From an uncultured Bacteroidota bacterium (GTDB lineage Bacteria > Bacteroidota > Bacteroidia > Bacteroidales > VadinHA17): 64,000 nt of DNA. The DNA lies in NCBI GenBank assembly GCA_963843415.1, contig CAWJKD010000004.1:80424-144423 (forward strand), written 5' to 3'. The translations under genes were made by a program, and so were the position numbers. The notes beneath the pieces were generated by a model. The model ran no database searches and was not told the origin of the DNA. It saw nothing but the letters and a program-made list of their open reading frames with translations. Shown here in pieces: positions 1-10,015 of the stretch (position 1 is its first letter; each line of letters starts with the position of its first letter).

Positions 1-1657
1 GGTCTAAAATTACTCCGTTTCTTTCCATGTCAGCCAGAACAGGAATAAGAGGCATTTCTATGTTATCAGCAAGTTCAGCCAGTCCTTCTGCCTTTATTCT
101 TGGCTCAAAGATCATTTTAAGCTGGAGAGTGACATCAGCGTCTTCAACAGCGTACTCTTTAAGTTTTTCTGCTGACACTGATCTCATATTCTTTTGCGCC
201 TGCCCTTTCCCGCCTATAAGTGACTCTATGTGAACGGGAGAATAGGATAGGTATACTTCCGACAGAAGATTCATATTGTGTCTCATATCCGGTTCAAGAA
301 GGTAGTGAGCTATCATCGTATCAAACAAAGGGCCCCTGACACTGATCCCGTAATTTGCAAGAACCTGAATGTCAAATTTTAAATTTTGGCCTGTTTTCAG
401 AATATCCGGTGTTTCCAGAAGTGGCCGGATAATTTCAAGAAATCTTTGTGTCTCTTCCCGGGATTCAGGAAAAAGTACAAGATATCCCGATCCTCTTTCC
501 CATGATAATGCCAGTGCTACAATCTCAGAATCAAGGGGATTTATACTTGTTGTTTCCGTATCAAAGCATATCTCTTTTTTTTCTAAAGCTTTCCGGATCA
601 GTTCTTTCAGTTCACCGTTGCTACTGACTAGTCTGTAATCGTGACTCACATCTTCAATGGTAAGCATATTTGATGGCTGCAGGATTTCTTCCGATTCTGA
701 AAATAGCAGTCCCTGAGTTGATATACCGGATTCAGATGCCGGTTTATATCCGGGTTGCTTTTGCTGATTTTCTATTTCTGATAAAATTTTTGCACCAGCT
801 GTTTTGAATTCAAGTTCGTCAAACAGAGTTTTCAACTTTTGTGAATCAGGTATTTCTTTTATGAGCTCTTTTTCGTCAAATTTAACCGGGACATCAACGA
901 CAATTGTGGCCAGTTTTTTTGAAAGTTCAATCTGCTCCCGGTTATTAATTATAATATCTTTAAGTTTACCAGTCAGTTTGTCTGTATTCCTCAGGAGTTC
1001 TTCAACAGAGCCATATTCTGAAATAAGTTTCTTTGCGGTCTTGGGTCCGACACCCGGGGCTCCGGGAATATTATCCGATGAGTCGCCCATAAGTGCAAGA
1101 ATATCAATTACCTGTTCAGGGCGCCTGACTGAGAATTCCCGTTTTATGTCATCAACACCCCACTTAATTGCTTCGTTTCCGCTTCGGGAGGGCTTGAACA
1201 TAAAGATCTTGTCGGTAACAAGCTGGGCAAAATCCTTGTCAGGTGTCATCATATACGTCGTAAATCCCTGTTCTGAAGCTTTCCTGGCAAGAGTTCCTAT
1301 TATATCATCGGCTTCAAATCCGGGATAATAAATAACCGGAATTTTATATCCCTCAATTATTCTTCTTATGTACGGAACTGCTTTCTTAATATCTTCAGGA
1401 GTTGCATCGCGGTTAGCTTTGTATTCTCTGAACATTTCATGCCTGAATGTTGGTTGTGGTGTATCAAATACCACTGCAATATGCGAGGGTTTCTGCTTCT
1501 GCAGCACTTCCTCAAGTGTAAGAAGGAATCCAAAGATAGCGGAGGTATTCAATCCTTTTGAGGTGATTCTGGGATTATTAATGAATGCATAATATGAACG
1601 GAATATAAGGGCATATGCATCCAGTAAAAAGAGCTTTTTAGTATTATTGTCAGGCAT
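1..1657 (-). CDS. polA: DNA polymerase I, N-terminal part (5'-3' exonuclease and start of the 3'-5' exonuclease domain). The gene continues past the left edge.
   Basis: I translated the minus strand from the ATG at 1657: MPDNNTKKLFLLDAYALIFRSYYAF...FEADDIIGTLA...MGDSSDNIPGAPGVGPKTA...CFDTETTS. The frame stays open to position 1. It is absent from the ORF track because there is no stop in the window. The plus-strand ORFs at 27-1592 are its antisense shadows. Confidence 0.9.
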   Translation of the reverse strand, partial: MPDNNTKKLFLLDAYALIFRSYYAFINNPRITSKGLNTSAIFGFLLTLEEVLQKQKPSHIAVVFDTPQPTFRHEMFREYKANRDATPEDIKKAVPYIRRIIEGYKIPVIYYPGFEADDIIGTLARKASEQGFTTYMMTPDKDFAQLVTDKIFMFKPSRSGNEAIKWGVDDIKREFSVRRPEQVIDILALMGDSSDNIPGAPGVGPKTAKKLISEYGSVEELLRNTDKLTGKLKDIIINNREQIELSKKLATIVVDVPVKFDEKELIKEIPDSQKLKTLFDELEFKTAGAKILSEIENQQKQPGYKPASESGISTQGLLFSESEEILQPSNMLTIEDVSHDYRLVSSNGELKELIRKALEKKEICFDTETTSINPLDSEIVALALSWERGSGYLVLFPESREETQRFLEIIRPLLETPDILKTGQNLKFDIQVLANYGISVRGPLFDTMIAHYLLEPDMRHNMNLLSEVYLSYSPVHIESLIGGKGQAQKNMRSVSAEKLKEYAVEDADVTLQLKMIFEPRIKAEGLAELADNIEMPLIPVLADMERNGVILD

Positions 1658-1675
1658 AGATCAGGGTTTCATTAA

Positions 1676-2128
1676 TTATTCATTATCTGAAGCAAACCAC
1701 TCTGCATATGATTTTGCTGTTTCATAAAGCCTGAGGCTATGAAGGCGGATACCTTCAGGCATTTCATTCCCGAGTCTTTGGGCAAAATCCGTTACAAGAT
1801 TTTCGCAGGTTGGCTGGTAATCAACTATTACGGTATTTCCGAAAGTCTTTGTCATCATCGCCTTTTTCTCTATGTCGAAATCTTTGCTAATGACAACTGA
1901 ATGATCAAACTGACTGATTATTTTTTTAAAGACAATATCTTTAAGATCACAAAAGTCTATCACCATTCCGTTCTTGGGATCTGCATCATTTTCTACAGGT
2001 GTGCCGAATAAGGTAACAAACAATCTGTAGGAATGCCCATGGACATTCCTGCAAGGACCATCGTAATTTCTCAGTACATGCGACATTTCGAATGAGAATT
2101 CTCTTGTTACGCGTATTAAAGAGCTCAT
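1676..2128 (-). CDS. queD: 6-carboxy-5,6,7,8-tetrahydropterin synthase (6-pyruvoyl-tetrahydropterin synthase family)
   Basis: The translation has the CRNVHGHSYRL zinc/catalytic motif, and FSFEMSHVL sits near the N-terminus. The tracked ORF extends to 2194, but the internal Met (MSSLIRVTREF) at 2128 gives the usual ~150-aa size. Confidence 0.8.
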   Translation of the reverse strand: MSSLIRVTREFSFEMSHVLRNYDGPCRNVHGHSYRLFVTLFGTPVENDADPKNGMVIDFCDLKDIVFKKIISQFDHSVVISKDFDIEKKAMMTKTFGNTVIVDYQPTCENLVTDFAQRLGNEMPEGIRLHSLRLYETAKSYAEWFASDNE

Positions 2129-2257
2129 ACTTCCGGATTTATTAATTACGATCAAAAGTAACCAATCCTCAGGATTTTTTGTGAAATCAATCATCCAGTT
2201 TTTATGCTGCTTAAATAATATTAACCATATTTAACGTTCTTAAATCCATTATTTCTA

Positions 2258-2265
2258 TACCTTTG
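2258..2265 (+). promoter_or_regulatory. Candidate Bacteroidetes -7 promoter element (TACCTTTG, matching TAnnTTTG) upstream of the acyl-CoA ligase gene
   Basis: The motif lies 28 nt upstream of the ATG at 2293. I saw no clear -33 TTTG. Confidence 0.3.
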
Positions 2266-2292
2266 TCACCTAATTAATTAAGGTTCGACAGA

Positions 2293-3939
2293 ATGGGTGA
2301 AAATAATATTAAGCTTACTTTTCCTGCATTGTTCGATCAGACGGTACAAAGATCCGGACAATCCGGAGCATATGCATTTGCTGGAGAAGAGCCAATAAGC
2401 TATGAGTCTGCCAACAGGCAGATAAAAGCGGTGACTGCATTTCTTGAAAGTAACGGAATCAAACCCGGAGACAGGGTGGCAATTTTGAGTTCCAACATGC
2501 CAAACTGGCCTATTGCGTATTTTTCTATAACATTTATGGGGGCAGTTGTAGTTCCGATTCTTCCGGAATTCTCAGCCACGGAAGTATCTAACGTTCTCGG
2601 ACATTCAGAAGCAAAAGCAATATTTATTTCTTCAGGACTCCTGCAACGAATTGAGGAATCTAAATCTGAGTCTCTTTCAACAATTATCAGGCTCGAAGAT
2701 TTTTCACTGATTTCTTCCGGAATAAATTCATTTGAATTTAATCCGGATGCTATCCCTGCAAAGAAATATGAAGTTGAAGAAGAAGATCTCGCATCAATTA
2801 TCTATACTTCAGGGACTACTGGCCGTTCAAAAGGCGTGATGCTTACTCACAGGAATATTTCATTTAATGCCCTTAAGGGGAAAAAAATACAGCCTCTTGA
2901 TGAGACCGACCGTTTTTTATCTGTGCTTCCATTATCTCATACATACGAAAACACGCTTGGATTGATTTTGTCAATGCTTGGCGGATCATGCATCTATTAT
3001 CTGAGGAAACCCCCTACCCCGGCAGTTCTGCTTCCGGCGCTTGAAATTGTAAAACCTACAATCATGCTGACGGTTCCTCTGATAATTGAAAAGATCTACT
3101 TTAATAAAATATTACCGACATTCAGAGAAAAAGCTCTTTTAAGAATTCTCTATAATATCCCCTTCATCAGAAAGAAACTTAATGCTGTTGCCGGGAAAAA
3201 ACTTATGAAGACCTTCGGAGGACATATCAAATTTTTCGGTATAGGAGGAGCAAAGCTCAATAAATCAGTTGAAAAATTTCTTCGTGAAGCCAGATTCCCA
3301 TATGCAATTGGCTATGGACTTACTGAAACCTCGCCTCTTCTGGCCGGAGCGAACCCGAAAGAGACCGTCTTCGAATCAACAGGACCGGCTATTGAGGGTA
3401 TTGAGCTTAAAATTAATAATCCGGATAAAAAGACCGGTGAAGGTGAAATATGGGCAAGAGGGCCAAATATAATGAAGGGTTATTTTAAAGAGCCTGAAAT
3501 GACAAAAGAAGTTCTTACACATGATGGATGGTTTAAAACAGGGGATCTTGGAACTCTTGACTCCAACAAAAACCTGTTCATCAAGGGACGGCTAAAGAAC
3601 ATGATAGTGGGTGCAAGCGGAGAAAATATTTATCCTGAAGAGATTGAATCTGTTATTAACAACTTCCGGTTTGTGGTTGAATCTCTTGTCATTGAGCAAA
3701 AAGGGAAACTGGTCGCTTATGTGCACCTGAATATGGAGGAGATTGAAAAAAAATATAACCACCTGAAGCAGGATATGTCCGAAAAATATGAAGAAAAGAA
3801 AGAGGAACTGCTTGCCGAACTGAAAGACTATGTCAATTCCCAGGTCAATAAGTTCAGCCAGATTAATAAAGTAGTTCTTCAGCCGGTACCGTTCCAGAAG
3901 ACGGCTACCCTGAAAATAAAGAGGTATTTGTACACTTGA
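2293..3939 (+). CDS. Long-chain-fatty-acid--CoA ligase / AMP-dependent synthetase
   Basis: 548 aa. AMP-binding signature YTSGTTGRSKGVMLTH is present, along with GYGLTETS and the late GWFKTGD motif. Confidence 0.85.
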   Translation: MGENNIKLTFPALFDQTVQRSGQSGAYAFAGEEPISYESANRQIKAVTAFLESNGIKPGDRVAILSSNMPNWPIAYFSITFMGAVVVPILPEFSATEVSNVLGHSEAKAIFISSGLLQRIEESKSESLSTIIRLEDFSLISSGINSFEFNPDAIPAKKYEVEEEDLASIIYTSGTTGRSKGVMLTHRNISFNALKGKKIQPLDETDRFLSVLPLSHTYENTLGLILSMLGGSCIYYLRKPPTPAVLLPALEIVKPTIMLTVPLIIEKIYFNKILPTFREKALLRILYNIPFIRKKLNAVAGKKLMKTFGGHIKFFGIGGAKLNKSVEKFLREARFPYAIGYGLTETSPLLAGANPKETVFESTGPAIEGIELKINNPDKKTGEGEIWARGPNIMKGYFKEPEMTKEVLTHDGWFKTGDLGTLDSNKNLFIKGRLKNMIVGASGENIYPEEIESVINNFRFVVESLVIEQKGKLVAYVHLNMEEIEKKYNHLKQDMSEKYEEKKEELLAELKDYVNSQVNKFSQINKVVLQPVPFQKTATLKIKRYLYT

Positions 3940-3973
3940 TATACTACATCCTTTTACCCGCCAGCTGACGGTC

Positions 3974-3994
3974 TCTCCTCCCTGGTGGAGGAGA
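3974..3994. terminator. Hairpin between convergent genes (TCTCCTCC-ctggt-GGAGGAGA), a probable bidirectional terminator
   Basis: It has a perfect 8-bp stem and a 5-nt loop. It lies between the stop of the + strand ligase gene (3939) and the stop of the - strand SOD gene (4020). Confidence 0.5.
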
Positions 3995-4019
3995 AAATTT
4001 TACAGGAATAGATCTAATA

Positions 4020-4742
4020 TTACAGAGCAGCTTTGTATCTTCTGCTTACCTCATCCCAGTTTATTATGTTCCATATTGCATCAACATAATCAGGCCTTTT
4101 GTTCTGGTATTTCAGGTAGTATGCATGTTCCCACACATCAATTGTTAACAGCGGTATTCCTTTTATTGAGGAAATATCCATTAAAGGATTATCCTGGTTT
4201 GGAGTACTGCCGACTGCCAGATTTTTTTCCGGAGTCATATAGAGCCATCCCCAACCGCTTCCGAACCTTGTTTTCGCAGCCGTGCTGAGTGTCTCTTTGA
4301 ATTTATCGAAGGAGCCAAAGTTTTTCGTAATTGCTGCGGCAAGCTCTGCGGAAGGGCTCGATGCTCCTTTCCCAAGATTGTTCCAGAAAAATACATGGTT
4401 ATAAAAACCCCCTCCATTGTTCCTGATAGCATCGGGTGCTTTTGAAATACCAGCAAAGACCTTTTCTATGGGCATATTTTCAAATGCTGTTCCTTTTAAT
4501 GCATTAACATAGTTATTAAAATAAGCCCTGTGGTGTCTGTCATAATGTATCTCCACTGTTTTGGCATCCATAATAGGTTCAAGTGCGTCATAAGCAAAGG
4601 GTAATGACGGAAATTCGAGAGTTTGAAGATTTTCCATAGTAATATTCTTTAAATTATTTATTTCTCCGGATAAGGACTTTCCTGCCAGAACTGTACCAGC
4701 AGCTCCCATTCCGACATTTTTTAAAAATTTTCTTCTTTCCAT
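4020..4742 (-). CDS. Fe/Mn superoxide dismutase with a twin-arginine (Tat) signal peptide
   Basis: Metal-ligand regions EIHYDRHH, FYNHVFFW and DVWEHAYY are present. The N-terminus MERRKFLKNVGMGAAGTVLAG matches the RRxFLK Tat consensus. Confidence 0.9.
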   Translation of the reverse strand: MERRKFLKNVGMGAAGTVLAGKSLSGEINNLKNITMENLQTLEFPSLPFAYDALEPIMDAKTVEIHYDRHHRAYFNNYVNALKGTAFENMPIEKVFAGISKAPDAIRNNGGGFYNHVFFWNNLGKGASSPSAELAAAITKNFGSFDKFKETLSTAAKTRFGSGWGWLYMTPEKNLAVGSTPNQDNPLMDISSIKGIPLLTIDVWEHAYYLKYQNKRPDYVDAIWNIINWDEVSRRYKAAL

Positions 4743-4887
4743 AACTTAAAATATATTTGTTAAACAAACGCTGTCTGATAATGTTCACTAAAGATATAAC
4801 ATTTAAATATCAGTCTTAAAAATATTAACTATTATGCAACTTTAAACATATTATTGCCGTTTAATAAACATCTAAAAGAATCTGACA

Positions 4888-5721
4888 ATGAAAAAGATTT
4901 TCAATATACTATTGATCACAGTTTTTCTAACTTCTTTATTATCAGGCTGTAAAAAAGATAAAGGAGATCCTCCGACTCTTCCTCCTGCAGAATCTTTTAT
5001 GATAGACTTCTCAAATTTTGAAGCTGGGAAAAAAGCAGCTGATGAGATTATTCTCCCTAAGGGCATTGAAGATAATTATTGGGAATTTTCAGCCGTGGTA
5101 GCCGGTTACTTCCAAAGTCTGCTTATTACAACCCTTGCTGTTCCGGTTGCTTCTTTTAACAAAGCTCTTGACCAGACCCCAAAATACCTGGAAGAGAAAA
5201 CCTGGCAATGGAGTTATAGCATCACTTTTCTGAACATAACATATAAAGCAAGACTTACTGGTGAGATAAGGACAACAGATGTTTTGTGGAATATGTTTAT
5301 AACAAGGGAAGGAACTGGTGGTTATGCCGAATTCCTGTGGTTTGACGGAACATCAAAACTTGATGGTACAGGCGGACAATGGAACCTGAATCACAGTTTT
5401 CAGCATAATGAACCTTTACTTAAGATTGAATGGACAAAAAGCGGAAATATAGTTAACTACATAAAATATACCTACGTAAGGACAAAAAATGATGATGGTG
5501 ATGATGATCCTTTTGAGTCGAGCTATATTGAATATGGTAAGACAACAGGTATATATGACTCATATTATAATATCAGCTATTTTAATGGCCTCACATTTTC
5601 CCTTGTTAATGTGGAATGGCATTCAGTTTCTCATATCGGAAGGGTTAAATGTCAGCCATTCTTTAGTGACAATCTCTGGCATTGCTGGGACGGTACGCTT
5701 GCTAATACAATATGCCCCTGA
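4888..5721 (+). CDS. Hypothetical lipoprotein
   Basis: 277 aa. Signal peptide plus lipobox (LLSGC). I recognised no catalytic motif. Confidence 0.6.
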   Translation: MKKIFNILLITVFLTSLLSGCKKDKGDPPTLPPAESFMIDFSNFEAGKKAADEIILPKGIEDNYWEFSAVVAGYFQSLLITTLAVPVASFNKALDQTPKYLEEKTWQWSYSITFLNITYKARLTGEIRTTDVLWNMFITREGTGGYAEFLWFDGTSKLDGTGGQWNLNHSFQHNEPLLKIEWTKSGNIVNYIKYTYVRTKNDDGDDDPFESSYIEYGKTTGIYDSYYNISYFNGLTFSLVNVEWHSVSHIGRVKCQPFFSDNLWHCWDGTLANTICP

Positions 5722-5931
5722 TCAGCCCCTGGCAATCTTCTGTAATTCATCTGACTCCAAAGACCGGACATTCACGGTGTTCTAAAATGCGATTCTCCAT
5801 CTCTTCTTTATTCTTAAATAGTTAAAACAATATTACAATTATATCGGCCATTCTTAGTGCCGGAATTAACAATGGAGTTGCCCATTGAACTTTTTTTACT
5901 ATTTTGCCCCATTAAATCATTATTGAAAATA

Positions 5932-6540
5932 ATGTCACCAGGGAAAAAATCATTATTACTTATAATAGCTATACTAGTTGCAGATCAGATCCTTAAAATC
6001 TGGGTAAAGACTCATATGCAACTTGGAGAAGATATCCCAATTTTTGGCAAGTGGGGCATGTTGCATTTCATTGAAAACAACGGAATGGCATTCGGGATGG
6101 AATGGGGGGGAAAGGCCGGAAAGCTTGTTTTAAGTATTTTCAGAATTTTTGCGATTTTGGGAATTGTCTGGTTTCTGCGTTCGATTATCAGCAAGAATGC
6201 TCACATCGGGCTTATTCTTGCTGTCAGTTCAATATTGGCCGGTGCCATGGGGAATATTATTGACTGTGCTTTCTATGGAATAATCTTCAGTGAAAGTTTC
6301 AATGGTCATGCAATTTTGTTTCCTCCCGGAGGCGGATATTCATCCTTTCTTTTAGGAAGAGTTGTCGATATGTTCTATTTCCCTGTCATTAATACACAAT
6401 GGCCGGACTGGTCCCCATTCAGACCCGGAGAATCATTTGTCTTCTTCAGACCTGTTTTCAATATTGCCGATTCAGCTATAACCTGTGGGGTCTTCACAAT
6501 CTTGCTGTTTCAGAAAAGGATGTTTAAGAATTATAACTGA
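5932..6540 (+). CDS. lspA: Lipoprotein signal peptidase (signal peptidase II)
   Basis: Motifs ENNGMAFGM and FNIADSAI are present in a polytopic membrane profile. The tracked ORF starts at a GTG at 5857, but the Met at 5932 (MSPGKKSLLLI) gives the normal length. Confidence 0.85.
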   Translation: MSPGKKSLLLIIAILVADQILKIWVKTHMQLGEDIPIFGKWGMLHFIENNGMAFGMEWGGKAGKLVLSIFRIFAILGIVWFLRSIISKNAHIGLILAVSSILAGAMGNIIDCAFYGIIFSESFNGHAILFPPGGGYSSFLLGRVVDMFYFPVINTQWPDWSPFRPGESFVFFRPVFNIADSAITCGVFTILLFQKRMFKNYN

Positions 6541-6569
6541 TTCTCATTCCCCATTGTAAAACTTGGTCT

Positions 6570-6869
6570 TTATCCTTTACAGCAATTACTCAGATCATTG
6601 AGAAGGTGTTTCAGGGTTTCATGTTTTAAAAAATACAATATATTCTTCCCCTCTCGTCTTGATGACAACACATCTCTGTCTTTCAGGATCACCAGATGAT
6701 GTGATGCTGATGCCTGTCCGATTCCCAGGTGTTTATGAATTTCTGTTACTGTTCTCATTTCCCCGTCTTCAAGAAAACCAACTATGGATATCCTTACAGG
6801 ATGCGCTATCGCTTTAAGCATCCCGGCAGCTTTTTCTATAATCTCAGGTGTAAGTTCCTCGAATTTCAT
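6570..6869 (-). CDS. ArsR/SmtB-family transcriptional regulator
   Basis: HTH core AHPVRISIVGFL...VTEIHKHLGIGQASASHHLVILK is present, with a C-terminal CC pair. The likely start is MKFEEL at 6869; the ORF track starts at 6890. Confidence 0.8.
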   Translation of the reverse strand: MKFEELTPEIIEKAAGMLKAIAHPVRISIVGFLEDGEMRTVTEIHKHLGIGQASASHHLVILKDRDVLSSRREGKNILYFLKHETLKHLLNDLSNCCKG

Positions 6870-6995
6870 CTGTAATAATTTGTAGTACAAATATATATAA
6901 ATATGTTGATATGTTGAATCCCATTTTCACTTTAGTGCTTTTTACAGAACTTGAAACAAAATGTTTTGTGGATCATTGTGTTAAGGTGAATTTAC

Positions 6996-7003
6996 TATAT
7001 TTG
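6996..7003 (+). promoter_or_regulatory. Candidate -7 promoter element TATATTTG (TAnnTTTG) upstream of the polyprenyl synthase gene
   Basis: The motif lies 18 nt upstream of the ATG at 7021 in an AT-rich divergent intergenic region. Confidence 0.3.
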
Positions 7004-7020
7004 AACGAAATATAACCTGA

Positions 7021-7995
7021 ATGTCGGTTCTCACAGAAATCAGAAAGCCTGTTGAAAAAGAGATGGATGAATTTGAATCTTTCTTTAACAGGACTATGAA
7101 AAGTGATATTCCTCTGCTCAAGATAATATTGAATTATATTTTAAGGAGAAAAGGGAAACAGATGAGGCCGCTGCTTGTTTTCCTGACAGCCGGACTGAAT
7201 GGGAAAATTATGGAGGCAACATTTGTGGCCGCAACAATGATTGAATTGCTTCACACTGCTTCATTGGTTCATGATGATGTTGTTGATGATGCCCGTGAAC
7301 GAAGAGGAGCTCTTTCGATAAACGCTTTATGGAATTCCAAGATAGCAGTCCTGGTTGGAGATTATATGCTAGCCCAGGGATTGCTTATAACGATTGAAAA
7401 GTCCCGTTATGATATGCTCGAAATAGTATCTGAATCAGTAAAACTGATGGCAGAGGGAGAACTTCTGCAGCTCCAGAAGGCACGGAAGCTTAACATAAAA
7501 GAGGAGGATTATTATAAGATAATCATGAGCAAGACTGCTGCTTTGATTTCGGCATGCACCGCAACGGGAGCGAGATCAGTTACTGAAGACCCTGACGCCA
7601 TACAGTTAATGAAAGATTTTGGCGAGAACATTGGTCTTGCATTCCAGATCAGGGATGATCTCCTTGACTATGAGGCAAATGGCCTGACGGGTAAAATTCT
7701 GGGAAACGATATCAAAGAAAGGAAAATAACCTTGCCCCTGATTCACGCACTTGACCTTGCATCAGCTTCACAAAAACGACATATTGTATCAATTGTGAAA
7801 AGCCGGAAAAAGACAAAAGATGAAATCAATGAAGTCATAAAATTTGTTTCCACGTCAGGCGGGCCTGAATATGCTGAGAATAAAATGAATCAGTTCAGGG
7901 ACAAAGCTCTGGCAATACTTGACTCATACCCAGATTCAGAATTCAAAAATTCTTTGAAAAAATTCGTTCATTATACAACTTCAAGGAACAAATAA
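7021..7995 (+). CDS. Polyprenyl diphosphate synthase (trans-isoprenyl, octaprenyl/IspB-like)
   Basis: First Asp-rich motif LVHDDVVDD and second motif FQIRDDLLD. 324 aa. Confidence 0.85.
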   Translation: MSVLTEIRKPVEKEMDEFESFFNRTMKSDIPLLKIILNYILRRKGKQMRPLLVFLTAGLNGKIMEATFVAATMIELLHTASLVHDDVVDDARERRGALSINALWNSKIAVLVGDYMLAQGLLITIEKSRYDMLEIVSESVKLMAEGELLQLQKARKLNIKEEDYYKIIMSKTAALISACTATGARSVTEDPDAIQLMKDFGENIGLAFQIRDDLLDYEANGLTGKILGNDIKERKITLPLIHALDLASASQKRHIVSIVKSRKKTKDEINEVIKFVSTSGGPEYAENKMNQFRDKALAILDSYPDSEFKNSLKKFVHYTTSRNK

Positions 7996-8072
7996 TTTAA
8001 TCTTCCGAACCTGATTTGACAATTTGAACCAGTTTACCTTAATTTTAAAACAAGTAAAAACAGACATCGCCT

Positions 8073-9038
8073 ATGTTTGAAGCTTTAAAAGCTATGGATT
8101 CAGTATCGCTGAGATTTTCACAGGATGGACTTCTGATACTTAACCTTACATTAGCGTTTATAATGTTCGGTGTTGCGCTGGGGATAAAGTACGAGCATTT
8201 TGCACGGCTGGTAAAGAATCCCTCATCGGTAATTGTTGGCTTCTTATCTCAATTCCTCTTGCTCCCTGCAGTAACATTTGTTATTGTTGTTTTGATGCGA
8301 AAAATTATCACTCCTACAGTTGCTATGGGAATGATCCTGGTCGCAGCCTGTCCGGGCGGTAATATTTCAAATTTTATGTCATCGCTGGCAAGGGCAAATG
8401 TTGCTTTATCAGTAAGTCTTACAGCAATTGCTACTCTTGCTGCAATAGTCATGACACCTTTGAATTTTGCAGTCTGGGGAGGACTTTTTCTGGATATCTA
8501 CGAGAAGACAGCCCCCGACCTGCTTCAGCCCCTCAGGATTGATCCCAGGGAGATGTTTAAAACTGTCTTTATCCTGCTTGGGGTGCCTATGGTTTTGGGC
8601 ATGTTGTGTGCGCATTACCTGCCAAAAATAACCAAAGCAATTATCAAACCATTAAAGATCTTTTCCATATTGGTATTCTTTGCTATGGTGATAATATTGT
8701 TCAAAAGCAATTATGATTTCTTCCTCCGTTTCATTAAGCTGATTTTTATAATTGTTTTAATTCATAATTTCCTGGCTTTTTTGACAGGATATCTTTTTTC
8801 AACCGTAACTCGCCGGTCTTCATATGATAGAAGAACTATTACTATTGAAACCGGTATCCAGAATTCAGGGCTTGGACTTGTATTGCTTTTTAATCCAAAT
8901 ATTTTCCCTCCAGACATGATGATAGGAGGAATGGCAATAGTGACGGCATGGTGGGGAGTATGGCATATAATATCAGGTTTATTACTTTCCGGGGCATGGT
9001 CAATAATACCTCCTAAGGAAGCTGTGAAAGGGAAGTAA
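8073..9038 (+). CDS. Bile acid:sodium symporter (BASS) family transporter
   Basis: 321-aa polytopic protein with the family-typical VAACPGGNISN segment. Confidence 0.75.
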   Translation: MFEALKAMDSVSLRFSQDGLLILNLTLAFIMFGVALGIKYEHFARLVKNPSSVIVGFLSQFLLLPAVTFVIVVLMRKIITPTVAMGMILVAACPGGNISNFMSSLARANVALSVSLTAIATLAAIVMTPLNFAVWGGLFLDIYEKTAPDLLQPLRIDPREMFKTVFILLGVPMVLGMLCAHYLPKITKAIIKPLKIFSILVFFAMVIILFKSNYDFFLRFIKLIFIIVLIHNFLAFLTGYLFSTVTRRSSYDRRTITIETGIQNSGLGLVLLFNPNIFPPDMMIGGMAIVTAWWGVWHIISGLLLSGAWSIIPPKEAVKGK

Positions 9039-9129
9039 AAATTTTACTGTAATTTTAGTTTCTGTATCCGGACCAGATTTTTTGGAATTTAATATATTAG
9101 GATCGACATAATTACAATAATTTAATCTT

Positions 9130-9579
9130 ATGGTGGCACTTAAAAAAATTGAGGAATTCATCGCATCCGAACCTATTGCAATGGTCGGGGTATCACGTAA
9201 TCCAAAAAAGTATGGCTTCACTGCTTTCAGGGAACTGAAAGAGAAAGGGATGAATATCATACCTGTTAATCCCTATACTGATGAAATACACCAGGCTAAA
9301 GTGTATCGCGATATTAAAAGTCTTCCTGCTGATGTAAAGGGGCTGCTTATAATGACTCCGAAAAATCAAACGGCAGGAATAATCAAAGAAGCAAAAGAAA
9401 AAGGATTAAAGCAGATCTGGATACAACAAATGTCTGAAACCAAAGAAGCTTTGCAGGAATTGAAAGGTACTGACATTAATTATATTACCGGAGAATGTAT
9501 TTTGATGTATTACAAGCCGCATAGCATTCATAAATTTCACGCCCGGCTGAAAAAATTCTTTGGTAGATTTCCAAGATAG
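9130..9579 (+). CDS. CoA-binding domain protein (YccU/YneT-like)
   Basis: The pattern IAMVGVSRNPKKYG...NIIPVNP is typical of CoA_binding_2 proteins. Confidence 0.7.
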   Translation: MVALKKIEEFIASEPIAMVGVSRNPKKYGFTAFRELKEKGMNIIPVNPYTDEIHQAKVYRDIKSLPADVKGLLIMTPKNQTAGIIKEAKEKGLKQIWIQQMSETKEALQELKGTDINYITGECILMYYKPHSIHKFHARLKKFFGRFPR

Positions 9580-9597
9580 TGATACTGCTTTATCGGG

Positions 9598-10005
9598 ATG
9601 AAAGAAACTGACTATATCTGTAGCGTTGAATTTGCTGTCAGAGATTATGAATGTGATGCACAAGGTGTAGTAAATAATGCAAATTATCTGCACTATCTTG
9701 AACATGCCAGGTATGAGTTCCTTGCTTCGAAAGGGATTGATTTTGCCAGTTTACAAAATGAGGGTATAGATTTTGTTGTTGCAAAAGTTGAAATCGAATA
9801 TAAATATCCGCTTCGAAGCAGAAATAAATTTGTTGTCAGGATGTCCGTTGTAAAGGAAGGAAATATCAGAATGGTCTTTAAACAGGATATTTTCAGACTT
9901 CCTGACGAAAAGTTAGTTGCGAAGTCAAAGGTCACTATAATTGCTGTGAAAAATGGAAAACCAATAAGACCAGGAAATATATTTGAACTAATAGGAATTA
10001 ATTAG
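9598..10005 (+). CDS. Acyl-CoA thioesterase, 4HBT/YbgC family
   Basis: 135 aa. Hotdog-fold signature VRDYECDAQGVVNNANYLHYLEHAR. Confidence 0.8.
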   Translation: MKETDYICSVEFAVRDYECDAQGVVNNANYLHYLEHARYEFLASKGIDFASLQNEGIDFVVAKVEIEYKYPLRSRNKFVVRMSVVKEGNIRMVFKQDIFRLPDEKLVAKSKVTIIAVKNGKPIRPGNIFELIGIN

Positions 10006-10015
10006 ATTTTAAAAA

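Noticed and set aside
27-1592. Four plus-strand ORFs (68-174 aa) at the left edge of the window
   Set aside because: They have low-complexity Ser/Ile/Phe-rich translations and no motifs. The opposite strand encodes an uninterrupted, clearly recognisable DNA polymerase I N-terminus, so these are antisense shadow ORFs.
5857-5931. The 25-codon N-terminal extension of lspA from a GTG start
   Set aside because: The extension has no counterpart in signal peptidase II as I know it. The Met at 5932 gives the expected length and a positively charged N-terminus before the first TM helix.
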